Assembly: GCA_947503785.1 (NCBI GenBank)
Contig: CANNFB010000013.1
Location: 780-64,779 of the forward strand
Origin: an uncultured Campylobacterales bacterium
GTDB lineage: Bacteria; Campylobacterota; Campylobacteria; Campylobacterales; Arcobacteraceae
Length of the DNA stretch: 64,000 nucleotides
Direction of reading: 5' to 3'
Position 1 is the first letter of the stretch. Each line of letters starts with the position of its first letter. The translations under genes were made by a program, and so were the position numbers. Shown here one piece after another: positions 1 through 10,093 of this stretch. The notes under the pieces are model-generated. The model saw nothing but the letters and a program-made list of their open reading frames with translations. It had not been told where the DNA came from and did no database searches.

Positions 1-50
1 GATAACTCTTCTGCTGTATAATCATATTTTTTTAATTCTTTACCGAACAT
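1..50 (-). CDS. 5' fragment of a gene running off the window edge; possibly a cyclophilin-type peptidyl-prolyl isomerase
   Basis: Reverse complement reads AAGG-TATATA-ATG then MFGKELKKYDYTAEELS, open to the edge. Product is guessed from resemblance to Campylobacterota PPIase N-termini; only 16 codons are visible. Confidence 0.4.
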   Translation of the reverse strand, partial: MFGKELKKYDYTAEEL

Positions 51-60
51 TATATACCTT

Positions 61-1938
61 TTATTTGTTTTTTGAAATTATATCGTTTTTAGGTGTAAGA
101 TAGTTTAATTTAATTAGATTTTGTATAATTTCTTTAAATACAGGAACTGCTGAAGATGAAGCGTATCTATAGTACCAATATTTTCCTGTAGAGTTTGGAT
201 TCATAACGGTTACTCCAATAGTATATGTATTTTTACCATCACTTACAAAACCAAAGAATGATGATATATATTTTTTTAGATATCTTCCTCCTCGTGCAAT
301 TTGAGCTGTACCTGTCTTTCCTCCAATTTCTAATCCTTCAATTCTTGCAGCTTTACCTGTTCCTTCTTCAACAGTTTGGATTAGCAGTTTTTTCATTTTA
401 TTTGCAGTTTCTTTAGAGATTACCTTTTCTGGTTTATTATCATAAGCTTTATATCTATTATTATCATGAGATAAATGAGAAACGATTTTTGGAGTAGACA
501 TATATCCTTCACTACTAAATACTGTATAAGCTTTCATCATTTGCATAAATGTTGAAGTAATTCCTTGTCCATAAGAATCTGTAGCTTTAAAAATATTATC
601 TTCTCCATCTCTATCTCCTGCTGAATATTGTCTTATACTATGAATCACACCTCTCTTTTCATAAGGCAAATCAATTCCGGTTTTTCTTGCAAGTCCAAAT
701 CTTTTATAACCTTCATAAAATTCAGGTCCGGACAATCTTTGGGCAATTTTTAATGTACCAATATTTGAAGAATTGATAACTATATCTTTTAATGTTAAAT
801 AGTGTTTTTTAAACCTATGGTCATCACCAATTGTATATCTACCTATTTTATATTTTCCTCTAGGAAATTCACCCTTACTGTTTGCTTTTCCTTTTGTATT
901 ATATGCGAAAAATAGTTCATTTTTTTTAATTCTATTTTTATCCATAACTAGTGATATTGATATTGGCTTAACAATTGAACCTGGTTCAAATTGATATTCT
1001 ATAGCATTTACATTTAAAGATGGTATATCTTTTTGTCTAATGTTTTCTGGATTAAACCTATTTGAAGAAGCAAGTGTTAAAATTTCTCCTGTTTTACTAT
1101 CCATTATTGAAACTATTATTTCATCAGCACTTAATTTCTTTTTATGCACATCAAGTGTTAATTCATTATTTTTTTGAAGTTTTAATGGAATATTTAAATT
1201 TAATGTTGCTCCATCAATTCTCTTTCTAATTAGTGAATTTTTATCAAAAGCAATATATGATAAAACATCTCTATTCCCTTGTAAAACTCCATCTTTTGAT
1301 TCGTTTAATTCTTTATTGTAACTTTTTTCAAGTCCTTTGATACCTTTAACTTTTGTTGTACCATTTTTACTTTCAAATTTTGAGATATATCCAACAACTG
1401 GAGTTAGTGTATCTTCATATGAAAACAACCTCTTTTCGCCACTTTCACGAACACTAAGTCCTCTAAGTATTTTTCCACCTTTTACTTTTCTTGAAATAAA
1501 TACATTTAGTTTTCGTAATTTAAAAGCTAGTTCTTTTAAGTTTTTTGCAGTTCTTGAATCAATATTGTAAGACAATACTAAATTTCCTGGTTTTTTTTCT
1601 ACATCTCTTAATTTTTTTTCTAATTTTTTATAAGGAATTTTACTATAAATTGAAAATAGTTGTAAAAATAGTTCTTTTTTATCTGTTGCTAAGTGTCTTG
1701 TATCTATAGATGCTTTATAAAGTTTTTTAGATGATGCAATTTTAAAATTATCAGAACTAATGATATCTCCACGCACGGATAATTCTTTTTTTTCGCTTTG
1801 AAGTGTAGGCATATGTCTGTATTCAGTGATTGTTCTGAATACAGAAATAATAAGAATTAATAAAAATAAGAAAATAATCATAAATAATATTGCTATTTTT
1901 TTAGTTTTATTAATTTTTTCGATTTTGTTTGAAGACAT
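61..1938 (-). CDS. ftsI: Class B penicillin-binding protein (FtsI/PBP3-like transpeptidase)
   Basis: N-terminal TM anchor, RGDIISSD, EPGSIVKP (SxxK), SSN (SxN), GKTGT (KTG). Start moved from ORF-track 1980 to ATG 1938 (MSSNKIEK) to avoid overlap with ftsW. Confidence 0.85.
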   Translation of the reverse strand: MSSNKIEKINKTKKIAILFMIIFLFLLILIISVFRTITEYRHMPTLQSEKKELSVRGDIISSDNFKIASSKKLYKASIDTRHLATDKKELFLQLFSIYSKIPYKKLEKKLRDVEKKPGNLVLSYNIDSRTAKNLKELAFKLRKLNVFISRKVKGGKILRGLSVRESGEKRLFSYEDTLTPVVGYISKFESKNGTTKVKGIKGLEKSYNKELNESKDGVLQGNRDVLSYIAFDKNSLIRKRIDGATLNLNIPLKLQKNNELTLDVHKKKLSADEIIVSIMDSKTGEILTLASSNRFNPENIRQKDIPSLNVNAIEYQFEPGSIVKPISISLVMDKNRIKKNELFFAYNTKGKANSKGEFPRGKYKIGRYTIGDDHRFKKHYLTLKDIVINSSNIGTLKIAQRLSGPEFYEGYKRFGLARKTGIDLPYEKRGVIHSIRQYSAGDRDGEDNIFKATDSYGQGITSTFMQMMKAYTVFSSEGYMSTPKIVSHLSHDNNRYKAYDNKPEKVISKETANKMKKLLIQTVEEGTGKAARIEGLEIGGKTGTAQIARGGRYLKKYISSFFGFVSDGKNTYTIGVTVMNPNSTGKYWYYRYASSSAVPVFKEIIQNLIKLNYLTPKNDIISKNK

Positions 1939-1966
1939 ATTTATCCATAATGTTATATAATAGAGT

Positions 1967-3214
1967 ATGTATTCTAACAAAAATAAGATTAAATCACTAA
2001 AAAATAATTTAAATTGTCAAAAAGCAGATTACCCTTTGCTTATTTTAGTATCCTTACTAATATCAATAAGTGTTGTATTCTCGTACTCTCTAAGTATTTA
2101 TACTGTTGAGTATTATGGATATAATCAATTTCATTTCTTTATTAGACAGACGCTAGTTGCTGTTGTTGCAATTTGCATTATGTGGACTTTTTCATTAATT
2201 AACCCAGATAAACTAGTTGGAAAAGTAGGCATGACTCTATTTTTATTATTCTTTTTTCTAATGGCTTTAATGCCAGCACTTCCCTCATCAATGGTAACTG
2301 CTTCTGGTGGTGCAAATAGATGGATAAGATTGCCTGGCTTTTCGCTTTCGCCTGTAGAGTTTTTCAAAATAGGTTTTATATATTTTTTATCTTGGTCTTT
2401 TCATAGAAAGGTTATGGATCAACCTAAAAAAATCGGTTTAAAAAAAGAATCAATTCTCTTAGCTCCATATTTTTTAACATTTTTTGCAGTAGTTTTTATT
2501 GTAGCTTTTTTACAAAAAGATTTAGGACAAGTTGTACTTTTAGGGATTATTTTAGTAATTCTATTAATTTTTGCAAATAGATCATTTAAAATATTTTTAG
2601 TTTTAGGAGCAGCTGCACTTTTAGGATTAGCAGGTTTAATTCTTGCCGCTCCTCATAGAATTCAAAGAATATATTCATGGTGGGCAATGGTTCAAGATGG
2701 AATTCTTTCTGTTCTTCCTTCTTGGGCAGAGGGGTATTTAAGAATTGATGAATTACCTGAACCTTATCAAGTATCTCACTCCTTAAATGCAATGCATAAT
2801 GGAAGTTTTCTTGGGCAGGGGATTTCTAATGGAGATATAAAAGTTGGGTTTTTATCTGAAGTTCATACAGATTTTGTTTTAGCTGGAATTACTGAAGAAA
2901 TTGGACTTTTAGGTTTAATGTTTATTGTAGGAATTATGTTTTCAATTATCTGGAGAATATTTAGAATAAGCAGACGTGTTAAAAATCCAATATACCATTT
3001 ATTTACATTAGGTGTTGCTTTAATGATTATAATTGCTTTTTTAATTAATTCGTATGGAATATCTGGAATGATTCCAATAAAAGGTATTGCAGTACCTTTA
3101 CTTTCTTATGGTGGATCTTCAATGCTTTCCATGTCCATTGCAATTGGTTTGGTTCTGTCTATTAGTAGAGTTGTGTCAGATGAAAATATAAATATAAAAG
3201 AAAAAAAGGTTTAG
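1967..3214 (+). CDS. ftsW: SEDS family peptidoglycan polymerase FtsW
   Basis: Multi-TM; GANRWI, SPVEFFK, QKDLG, SEVHTDFVLAGITEEIG, PLLSYGGSS; directly upstream of murG. Confidence 0.92.
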   Translation: MYSNKNKIKSLKNNLNCQKADYPLLILVSLLISISVVFSYSLSIYTVEYYGYNQFHFFIRQTLVAVVAICIMWTFSLINPDKLVGKVGMTLFLLFFFLMALMPALPSSMVTASGGANRWIRLPGFSLSPVEFFKIGFIYFLSWSFHRKVMDQPKKIGLKKESILLAPYFLTFFAVVFIVAFLQKDLGQVVLLGIILVILLIFANRSFKIFLVLGAAALLGLAGLILAAPHRIQRIYSWWAMVQDGILSVLPSWAEGYLRIDELPEPYQVSHSLNAMHNGSFLGQGISNGDIKVGFLSEVHTDFVLAGITEEIGLLGLMFIVGIMFSIIWRIFRISRRVKNPIYHLFTLGVALMIIIAFLINSYGISGMIPIKGIAVPLLSYGGSSMLSMSIAIGLVLSISRVVSDENINIKEKKV

Positions 3215-3215
3215 T

Positions 3216-4247
3216 ATGAGAGGAAGCGTAGTAATAACAGGAGGCGGTACTGGAGGACATTTAAAGGTTGCAGATGCCTTTATTGATGAGTTTAATAAAA
3301 GGGGCATTCCTGTTATCTTTATAGGTTCTTCAAATGGACAAGATAAACAATGGTTTGATAAAGATAAAAGATTAAAAGCCACATATTTTCTTGATACTAA
3401 AGGTGTTGTTAATAAAAATGCTTTTGGAAAAGTTATATCTTTACTTAATATTATCTCTAAAACAAATTATTGTTTAAGCCTCTTTTCTAAATACAATGTA
3501 AAAACTGTAATCTCTGTAGGTGGATTTTCTGCAGCTGCTGCAACTTTTGCTTCAATTGTAAAACTTGACTGTAAACTTTATATTCATGAACAAAATTCTG
3601 TAATGGGAACTTTAAACAAAGTTACATCAAGATTTGCTACTGAAGTTTTTTCTTCATTTGATAAAAGATCTAAAATAAAAGATTATCCAGTGTCTCAAGA
3701 ATTTTTTGATTTAGGACGAATTAGAGATAAAGTTAATACTATTGCTTTTTTTGGCGGTTCACAAGGTGCTGTAGTTATTAATAATTTTGCTTTAAAATTA
3801 GCTCCAAAATTAAATGAAATGGGAATAAATATTATTCACCAGTCTGGGAAAAATGATTTTGAAAGAGTAAAAGAAGAGTATGATAAGTTAAATATAGATG
3901 CAGATGTTTTTGATTTTACAAAAGATATTCCAAATAAAATGGCAAAGGCTGACTTTGTTGTAAGTAGGGCTGGGGCTTCAACTTTATGGGAACTTTGTGC
4001 AAACTGTTTACCTGCATTTTTTATTCCTTATAAACATGCAGCGGGGGATCATCAATATTATAATGCTAAGGATTTAAAAGATAAAAAATTGTGCTTTTTA
4101 CAAAGAGAAGGTGAGTTAAAAGAAGAAGATTTTTTTAATGCAATAAATAGTGATATTCATGACATTAGTAAAAACTTAGCTTCTTCAATTAATTCAAATG
4201 CAGTAGCTTTAATATGTAATATTATTGTTCAGAATAACAAGAAGTAA
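3216..4247 (+). CDS. murG: UDP-GlcNAc:lipid I GlcNAc transferase MurG
   Basis: [32 protein letters not shown] motifs. Confidence 0.96.
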   Translation: MRGSVVITGGGTGGHLKVADAFIDEFNKRGIPVIFIGSSNGQDKQWFDKDKRLKATYFLDTKGVVNKNAFGKVISLLNIISKTNYCLSLFSKYNVKTVISVGGFSAAAATFASIVKLDCKLYIHEQNSVMGTLNKVTSRFATEVFSSFDKRSKIKDYPVSQEFFDLGRIRDKVNTIAFFGGSQGAVVINNFALKLAPKLNEMGINIIHQSGKNDFERVKEEYDKLNIDADVFDFTKDIPNKMAKADFVVSRAGASTLWELCANCLPAFFIPYKHAAGDHQYYNAKDLKDKKLCFLQREGELKEEDFFNAINSDIHDISKNLASSINSNAVALICNIIVQNNKK

Positions 4248-4994
4248 AATACCAAATATTATTCTATAGACACCAAAGGCTACAAAAGTAAAGTTTTCAA
4301 GGAATTTTAAAAATAACTTGATTGCTAGGAAAGCTACAAAAAATGATACAACAAAACCAATTGCAAGATTTAATATATTTGCGTCATGTAGAAGTTCTTC
4401 ATGATGTTTTAATAAATCATAAGCAGTTGTAGCACACATAACAGGAAAAGCTAAAAGAAAAGAAAATTCAGCACTGGCTTTCCTATTTAATCCAACTAAC
4501 ATTGCCCCAATTATACTAGAACCAGCTCTTGATGTTCCTGGAATTAAAGCAAAGATTTGTGCAAAACCAATCCATGCTGCTTGCTTATATGTTACATCTT
4601 CTACATCTAAAGTATGAGTTTCTTTTTCATCATAAAACTTTTCAACAATTAAAAATATGATTCCACCAATTATAAACATATATGCAACTATTTCTATTGA
4701 GAACATTGCTTTTACTTGAGACGAGAATATAAATCCTATAATCGCAATTGGAAAGAATGCGATCATTACTTTTGTCCATAAATCAATATGTGAAAGGGTA
4801 AATTTAGAAGGATAAGTTAAAATAACAGCTAAAATTGCTGCAAATTGAATAATTACTTCAAAAGCTTTATTAACACTATTTTGTTCAATTCCAAGAAATT
4901 CACTTGCAACTATTAGGTGTCCTGTTGAAGATATAGGAAGAAACTCTGTAATTCCTTCTATTATTCCTAAAATTATAGTATCAAATATAGTCAT
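4209..4994 (-). CDS. uppP: Undecaprenyl-diphosphate phosphatase (BacA/UppP)
   Basis: [14 protein letters not shown] and PGTSRAG motifs; hydrophobic. Confidence 0.96.
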   Translation of the reverse strand: MTIFDTIILGIIEGITEFLPISSTGHLIVASEFLGIEQNSVNKAFEVIIQFAAILAVILTYPSKFTLSHIDLWTKVMIAFFPIAIIGFIFSSQVKAMFSIEIVAYMFIIGGIIFLIVEKFYDEKETHTLDVEDVTYKQAAWIGFAQIFALIPGTSRAGSSIIGAMLVGLNRKASAEFSFLLAFPVMCATTAYDLLKHHEELLHDANILNLAIGFVVSFFVAFLAIKLFLKFLENFTFVAFGVYRIIFGILLLVILNNNITY

Positions 4995-5654
4995 TTATAT
5001 TCCTTTTTGTTTTGTTAGTTTTAAAAAAAGTTTTAAACTTCTTTTTTCTTTTATTCCAAGTGTATAATCTATTTTTTTTAAATATTCTAATATGTTTTTA
5101 TTTGAAATACCAGTTCTTTTTGAATATTGATTTAAAATATAGGTAGGTATTTTTATATGTCTTTTATTAAAATTTTTAATAATCTTTTCTAGCTGTCTTT
5201 TATCTGATGAATAACATAAAACTGCAAAGACAAATGGTAAGTTATATTTATCATTCCAATATTGTGCTAAATCAATAAAATCTTTTTTTTCGTTATTATG
5301 ATAATATTTTAGTGCTTTATCACCTATTAAAACTTGACCTTCTAAGTTTAATACTTTTGCTAAAGCATTTGAAGTATCACTTTGAAAATCTTTTTCGTCT
5401 TTTCCTGGAATTAATAATACAGATAAAACATCTTTTTTAGCAACTATTCCTAAATTTATTTTTTTTTCATTTCTTGAGGCTATTGATGATATAAATGCTG
5501 AATCTACTTCTCTTTTTTTAAATTTTTTATTTATTAAAGAGGGATAAGATTTTTTATATTCTATAATTGCTTTAGTTTGAGTGGATCTTATATTCTTTTT
5601 TATATAAATATGAAATGGTAATAAATTGATAAAATCTATTTTTGCGAAAACCAT
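4995..5654 (-). CDS. mqnA: Chorismate dehydratase MqnA (futalosine menaquinone pathway)
   Basis: KIDFINLLPF, SDTSNALA, VLIGDKAL, LPFVFA pattern of the MqnA family. Confidence 0.8.
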   Translation of the reverse strand: MVFAKIDFINLLPFHIYIKKNIRSTQTKAIIEYKKSYPSLINKKFKKREVDSAFISSIASRNEKKINLGIVAKKDVLSVLLIPGKDEKDFQSDTSNALAKVLNLEGQVLIGDKALKYYHNNEKKDFIDLAQYWNDKYNLPFVFAVLCYSSDKRQLEKIIKNFNKRHIKIPTYILNQYSKRTGISNKNILEYLKKIDYTLGIKEKRSLKLFLKLTKQKGI

Positions 5655-5689
5655 GAAATGATGAGTCCTTTACCTTAAAATTCTTTTGG

Positions 5690-5695
5690 TATAAT
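5690..5695 (+). promoter_or_regulatory. Extended -10 (TGG-TATAAT) promoter for moaD-moaE-DGC-hisJ
   Basis: ttggTATAAT about 30 nt upstream of the moaD GTG, which has an AGGGG RBS. Confidence 0.55.
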
Positions 5696-5724
5696 AATCA
5701 AAAAACAATAAATAAGGGGTTAAA

Positions 5725-5946
5725 GTGGTTGATGTAGAATTCCTAGGGCCAATTAATAAAGAGCCAATGAAAATTGATATTTCTAATCTTTCTCAATTAA
5801 GTGAAATTTTAAAAAAAGATAGTGAAGTTGCAGCTTGGTTAGATACTTGTGCTGTTGCTATAAATGATACTTTAGTATCAAAGAAAGATATTGAACTTTC
5901 TAACGGAGATAAAATCTCATTACTACCTCCTGTCTGTGGTGGATGA
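5725..5946 (+). CDS. moaD: Molybdopterin synthase sulfur-carrier subunit MoaD
   Basis: 73 aa ubiquitin-like fold ending LLPPVCGG; adjacent to moaE. Confidence 0.9.
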   Translation: MVDVEFLGPINKEPMKIDISNLSQLSEILKKDSEVAAWLDTCAVAINDTLVSKKDIELSNGDKISLLPPVCGG

Positions 5947-5963
5947 AATAATAAAGGTAAAAT

Positions 5964-6407
5964 ATGGAAAACTTAGAATTATTTGAAGGTAGTTTGCCTG
6001 TAGAAAAAATAACTAATGCATGGTATAAGAAGTACCAAAACTCTAATTATGGAGCAATTATTACTTTTGTTGGTGTTGTAAGAGATGAGAATAAAATTGA
6101 TGGTCTATCTTTTGACATTTATGAACCAATATTAAATTCATGGTTTAATTCATGGGAAGAAAAAGCTAAAAAATCAAATGCAATTGTGTTAATGGCTCAT
6201 AGTCGGGGGGATGTATTCAATCATGAAAGTTCTTACATTGCTGCTGTTTGTTCTCCTAAAAGAAGAGTGGCCTTAGAGTTAATTGATGAATTTGTTGAAG
6301 ACTTTAAAGCCCAGGCTCCAATATGGAAATATGATATTATTAAAGGTAATAGAGTATATGCAGAAGATAGAAGCACAGCTATTAGTGGATTTGGTCTTTT
6401 GTCATGA
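5964..6407 (+). CDS. moaE: Molybdopterin synthase catalytic subunit MoaE
   Basis: GAIITFVGVVR, HSRG, FKAQAPIWK motifs. Confidence 0.92.
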   Translation: MENLELFEGSLPVEKITNAWYKKYQNSNYGAIITFVGVVRDENKIDGLSFDIYEPILNSWFNSWEEKAKKSNAIVLMAHSRGDVFNHESSYIAAVCSPKRRVALELIDEFVEDFKAQAPIWKYDIIKGNRVYAEDRSTAISGFGLLS

Positions 6408-7654
6408 TTTATAAAGTATTAGTTATAGATGACAGTCATTCAATATCTCAGAGTTTAAAAAACTTAATTGAATCGAATGTTGATATAAAAGTTTATATTG
6501 CAAAAAGTAAAAAAGAAAGTATAGATTTATTATTAGAACATAAAGGTAAATTTGACATTATTTTAGCTGATTTAGGTCTTCCTGATGCTCCAAATGGAGA
6601 AGTTGTTGATTTCATGATTAAATTTTCAATTCCCATAATAGTTTTAACAGGTTCTGATCAAATAGATATAGAAGATAAGTTTAGAAATAAAAATATTGTG
6701 GATTATATACTAAAAGACGGTGTTACTGCCTTACACTATGCTTCAACGGTAGTTAATAGAATAATTAAAAACAAGCATATTAAAGTATTAGTTGTAGACG
6801 ATTCAAAAACGTTTTTAAGACAAACAAGCGATTTAATAGATAGATATAAACTTATACCTCTTACTTCAACTAATGGCGAAGATGCTTTAAAAATATTAGA
6901 AGAAAATAAAGATATAAAAATTGTTTTAACAGATTATTTAATGCCTATAATGGACGGAATTGAGTTAACAAAGAGAATTAGAAGTAAATATACAAAACAT
7001 GAATTATGTGTTATTGTAACTTCAAGTGATTCAAACAGTAGGATTCCCTCAAAATTTCTAAAATTAGGTGCAAATGATTTTTTATATAAAGGTTTTTCAA
7101 AAGAAGAGTTTTTTGTAAGAATTAATTCAAATTTAGAAATATTAGAACTTTTTGATAATATGAAAAATAAAATCAATAAAGATTATATGACAGGCTTATA
7201 TAATAGAAGATATTTTTTTGAAGTTGGAAAAAAGATTTATGAAGAAAATAAAAAACTAAATAAATCTATAGCAATAGCAATTCTAGATATAGATAAATTT
7301 AAAAAGATAAATGATACGTATGGGCATAGTATTGGAGATTTTGCAATAAAAGAAGTTGCAAGAGTATTAAATGAAGACATTATGGATAGTACACTTATTT
7401 CAAGAATAGGTGGAGAAGAGTTTTGTTTGCTCTTTTATAATAGAGAAAAAGAAGAGATTGAGAAATTATTAGAAGTGATACGTGAGAAATTTGAAAATAA
7501 TATAATTAAAGTAGAGAATTTTAAGTTTAAATATACAGTTTCAATAGGTTGCAGCTTTGAATATGGAAAAAATATAGATGAAATGATGCAACTTGCAGAT
7601 GATGGCTTATATGATGCTAAAGAATCTGGAAGAAATAAAGTGAGATATAGATGA
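6404..7654 (+). CDS. Response-regulator diguanylate cyclase (REC-REC-GGDEF)
   Basis: Two receiver domains (VIDDS..ADLGLPD; VVDDS..TDYLMP); DYMTGLYNRR, DIDKFKKINDTYGH, RIGGEEF. Confidence 0.9.
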   Translation: MIYKVLVIDDSHSISQSLKNLIESNVDIKVYIAKSKKESIDLLLEHKGKFDIILADLGLPDAPNGEVVDFMIKFSIPIIVLTGSDQIDIEDKFRNKNIVDYILKDGVTALHYASTVVNRIIKNKHIKVLVVDDSKTFLRQTSDLIDRYKLIPLTSTNGEDALKILEENKDIKIVLTDYLMPIMDGIELTKRIRSKYTKHELCVIVTSSDSNSRIPSKFLKLGANDFLYKGFSKEEFFVRINSNLEILELFDNMKNKINKDYMTGLYNRRYFFEVGKKIYEENKKLNKSIAIAILDIDKFKKINDTYGHSIGDFAIKEVARVLNEDIMDSTLISRIGGEEFCLLFYNREKEEIEKLLEVIREKFENNIIKVENFKFKYTVSIGCSFEYGKNIDEMMQLADDGLYDAKESGRNKVRYR

Positions 7655-8442
7655 GAGTAGATTTGCATAACCACACAACATTATGTAATCATGCTAGTGG
7701 AACAAGTGAAGAGTATTTATTAAAAGCAATTGAACTAGGAATTGATATATATGGTTTTTCAGATCATGCGCCAATGCCTTATGATCCGAAGTATAGAATG
7801 GATATTTCAAAAAAACCTGTATATGAAAAAGAGATATTAGATTTAAAAGAAAAATATAAAAATGATATTGAAGTTTTATTAGCCTATGAAGTTGATTATT
7901 TAGATGGATATCTTTTGGATGAAGTTATAAATGCAAAAGTTGACTATTTAATAGGTTCTGTCCATTTTTTAAAAAATAAAAATGATATGTGGGGTTTTGA
8001 TAATCCTGAATTTATTGGCGTATATAAATCAAAAGATATTGATACTATTTGGAGTGAATATTTTGATGCAATTGAAGCAATGGCAAAAACTGGTTTATTT
8101 GATATTGTTGGGCATTTAGATTTAATTAAAGTATTTAAATTCTTACCAAAGAAAGATATAAGGCTACTAGCTAAGAAAGCACTTTTAGAAATAAAAAAAT
8201 CTAACATGGTATTAGAAATTAATCCAGCAGGTTTAAGAAAACCAATTAAAGAGACTTATCCTTCAAGAACACTTCTTGAGCTAGCTTATGAATTAGACAT
8301 AAATATTACCTTTGGTTCAGATGCTCATTCAGTTGATCAAGTTGGTTTTAAATATGAAGAAGTAAAATCCCTCGCAAAAGAGATTGGATTTGTTAAATGT
8401 ATGACCTTTTCTAATAGAGATTCTAGATTAGTTAGTTTCTAA
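7651..8442 (+). CDS. hisJ: PHP-family histidinol-phosphate phosphatase (HisJ/HisK-like)
   Basis: DLHNHT, SDHAP, IGSVH, GHLD, GSDAH metal-binding motifs. Confidence 0.75.
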   Translation: MRVDLHNHTTLCNHASGTSEEYLLKAIELGIDIYGFSDHAPMPYDPKYRMDISKKPVYEKEILDLKEKYKNDIEVLLAYEVDYLDGYLLDEVINAKVDYLIGSVHFLKNKNDMWGFDNPEFIGVYKSKDIDTIWSEYFDAIEAMAKTGLFDIVGHLDLIKVFKFLPKKDIRLLAKKALLEIKKSNMVLEINPAGLRKPIKETYPSRTLLELAYELDINITFGSDAHSVDQVGFKYEEVKSLAKEIGFVKCMTFSNRDSRLVSF

Positions 8443-8568
8443 TTTTTGAGTACATTAGGAAAAAATATACTTTTTTTTCTTACTTGTATACTTTTTATAC
8501 AGCTAATTTAGCTTAGTTTTCTTAAATTTTGATAGAATTATTTAATATAAATTCAAGGAGCTATACCA

Positions 8569-9996
8569 ATGGGTAAATTTGTTAACAATACAGAAGAGTT
8601 TTTTAAATACTGTGAAGAAAATGAAGTAAAGTTTGTAGATTTTAGATTTACAGATTTAAAAGGAATGTGGCATCATATTTCATACATGATGAGTGCAGTT
8701 ACTGAGGGTCAATTAGAATTCGGTATGCCTTTTGATGGTTCATCTGTGGATGCATGGCAACCAATTAATAAATCAGATATGCTTTTAAAGCCAGATGTTG
8801 GAACTTCTTTCTTAGATCCATTCACTGCTGATTCTACTATTATTATGATTTGTGATGTGTATGATATCTATAAAGGTGAAATATACGAGAAATGTCCAAG
8901 ATCTATTGCTAAAAAAGCATTAAAACACTTAACTGATTCTGGTCTTGGGGATAAAGCATACTTTGGACCTGAAAATGAATTCTTTATTTTTGATGATGTA
9001 AAAATTATTGATAATATTAATGAATCATATTATAAAGTTGATTCAGAAGAGGGTGAGTGGTCATCTGCTACTGATTATGAAGGTGGAAATATGGGTCATA
9101 GACCTGGAACTAAAGGTGGTTATTTCCCAGCACAACCTACTGATTCAATGGTAGATTTAAGAGCTGAAATGATGTTAGTACTTGAACAAGTTGGACTTGA
9201 AGTAATATTAGGACACCATGAAGTTGCACAAGCACAAGGTGAAATTGGTATTGTTTTTGATAGTATGATTGAAGCTGCTGATAATGTACAAAAATATAAA
9301 TATGTTTGTAATATGGTTGCACACTTAAATGGTAAATCTTGTACATTTATGCCTAAGCCAATGTATGGTGATAATGGTAATGGTATGCATGTTCACCAAT
9401 CAATTTGGAAAGATGGTAAAAACTTATTTTATACTGAAGGTGAATATGGTAACCTTTCTGAAATGGCTAGGCATTATGTTGGTGGAGTATTTAAACATGC
9501 TCGTGCAGTTGCTGCATTTACTAACCCTTCAACTAACTCATATAAAAGATTAATTCCAGGTTTTGAAGCACCTTCAATTTTAACTTATTCTTCTCAAAAT
9601 AGATCTGCTTCTTGTAGAATTCCTTATGGGGCTGGAGAAAAAGCAACTAGAGTTGAAATGAGATTCCCTGATTCATCATCTTGTCCTTATTTAGCATTTG
9701 CTGCTATGTTAATGGCTGGTCTTGATGGAATTGCTAATAAGACTGAACCAATTGGTCCAATGGATGAAGATTTATATGAAATGCCTTTAGATGAAATTAG
9801 AGAAAGAAATATTCCTCAAATGCCACATACTTTAAGAGGTTCTTTAGAAGCTTTAATTAGAGATAATGAGTTTTTACAACCTGCATTTACAAAAGATATG
9901 GTTCAAACATACCAACACTATAAATTTCAAACTCAGGTTCACCCTGACGAAGCTAGACCAACAGCATTTGAATTTAAATCAACTTATTCTTGTTAA
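8569..9996 (+). CDS. glnA: Glutamine synthetase type I
   Basis: [60 protein letters not shown]. Confidence 0.98.
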   Translation: MGKFVNNTEEFFKYCEENEVKFVDFRFTDLKGMWHHISYMMSAVTEGQLEFGMPFDGSSVDAWQPINKSDMLLKPDVGTSFLDPFTADSTIIMICDVYDIYKGEIYEKCPRSIAKKALKHLTDSGLGDKAYFGPENEFFIFDDVKIIDNINESYYKVDSEEGEWSSATDYEGGNMGHRPGTKGGYFPAQPTDSMVDLRAEMMLVLEQVGLEVILGHHEVAQAQGEIGIVFDSMIEAADNVQKYKYVCNMVAHLNGKSCTFMPKPMYGDNGNGMHVHQSIWKDGKNLFYTEGEYGNLSEMARHYVGGVFKHARAVAAFTNPSTNSYKRLIPGFEAPSILTYSSQNRSASCRIPYGAGEKATRVEMRFPDSSSCPYLAFAAMLMAGLDGIANKTEPIGPMDEDLYEMPLDEIRERNIPQMPHTLRGSLEALIRDNEFLQPAFTKDMVQTYQHYKFQTQVHPDEARPTAFEFKSTYSC

Positions 9997-10012
9997 TCTA
10001 AGTATAAGCTAT

Positions 10013-10050
10013 AAAAAAAAGGTAAGTTCTTTTGAACTTACCTTTTTTTA
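10013..10050. terminator. Bidirectional intrinsic terminator between convergent glnA and PBP1A
   Basis: AAAAAAAGGTAAGTTC-TTTT-GAACTTACCTTTTTTT. Confidence 0.85.
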
Positions 10051-10093
10051 TGCCTATAACTTTTGACAATAAAGATGAGGAAGAGATAGAAGT

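Noticed and set aside
4209-4247. 39-nt convergent overlap of murG and uppP
   Set aside because: Ordinary tail-to-tail overlap in a compact genome.
9760-9790. GlnA retains the adenylylation-site Tyr (EDLYEM)
   Set aside because: Common in GSI-beta enzymes; uninformative without knowing whether glnE exists in the genome.
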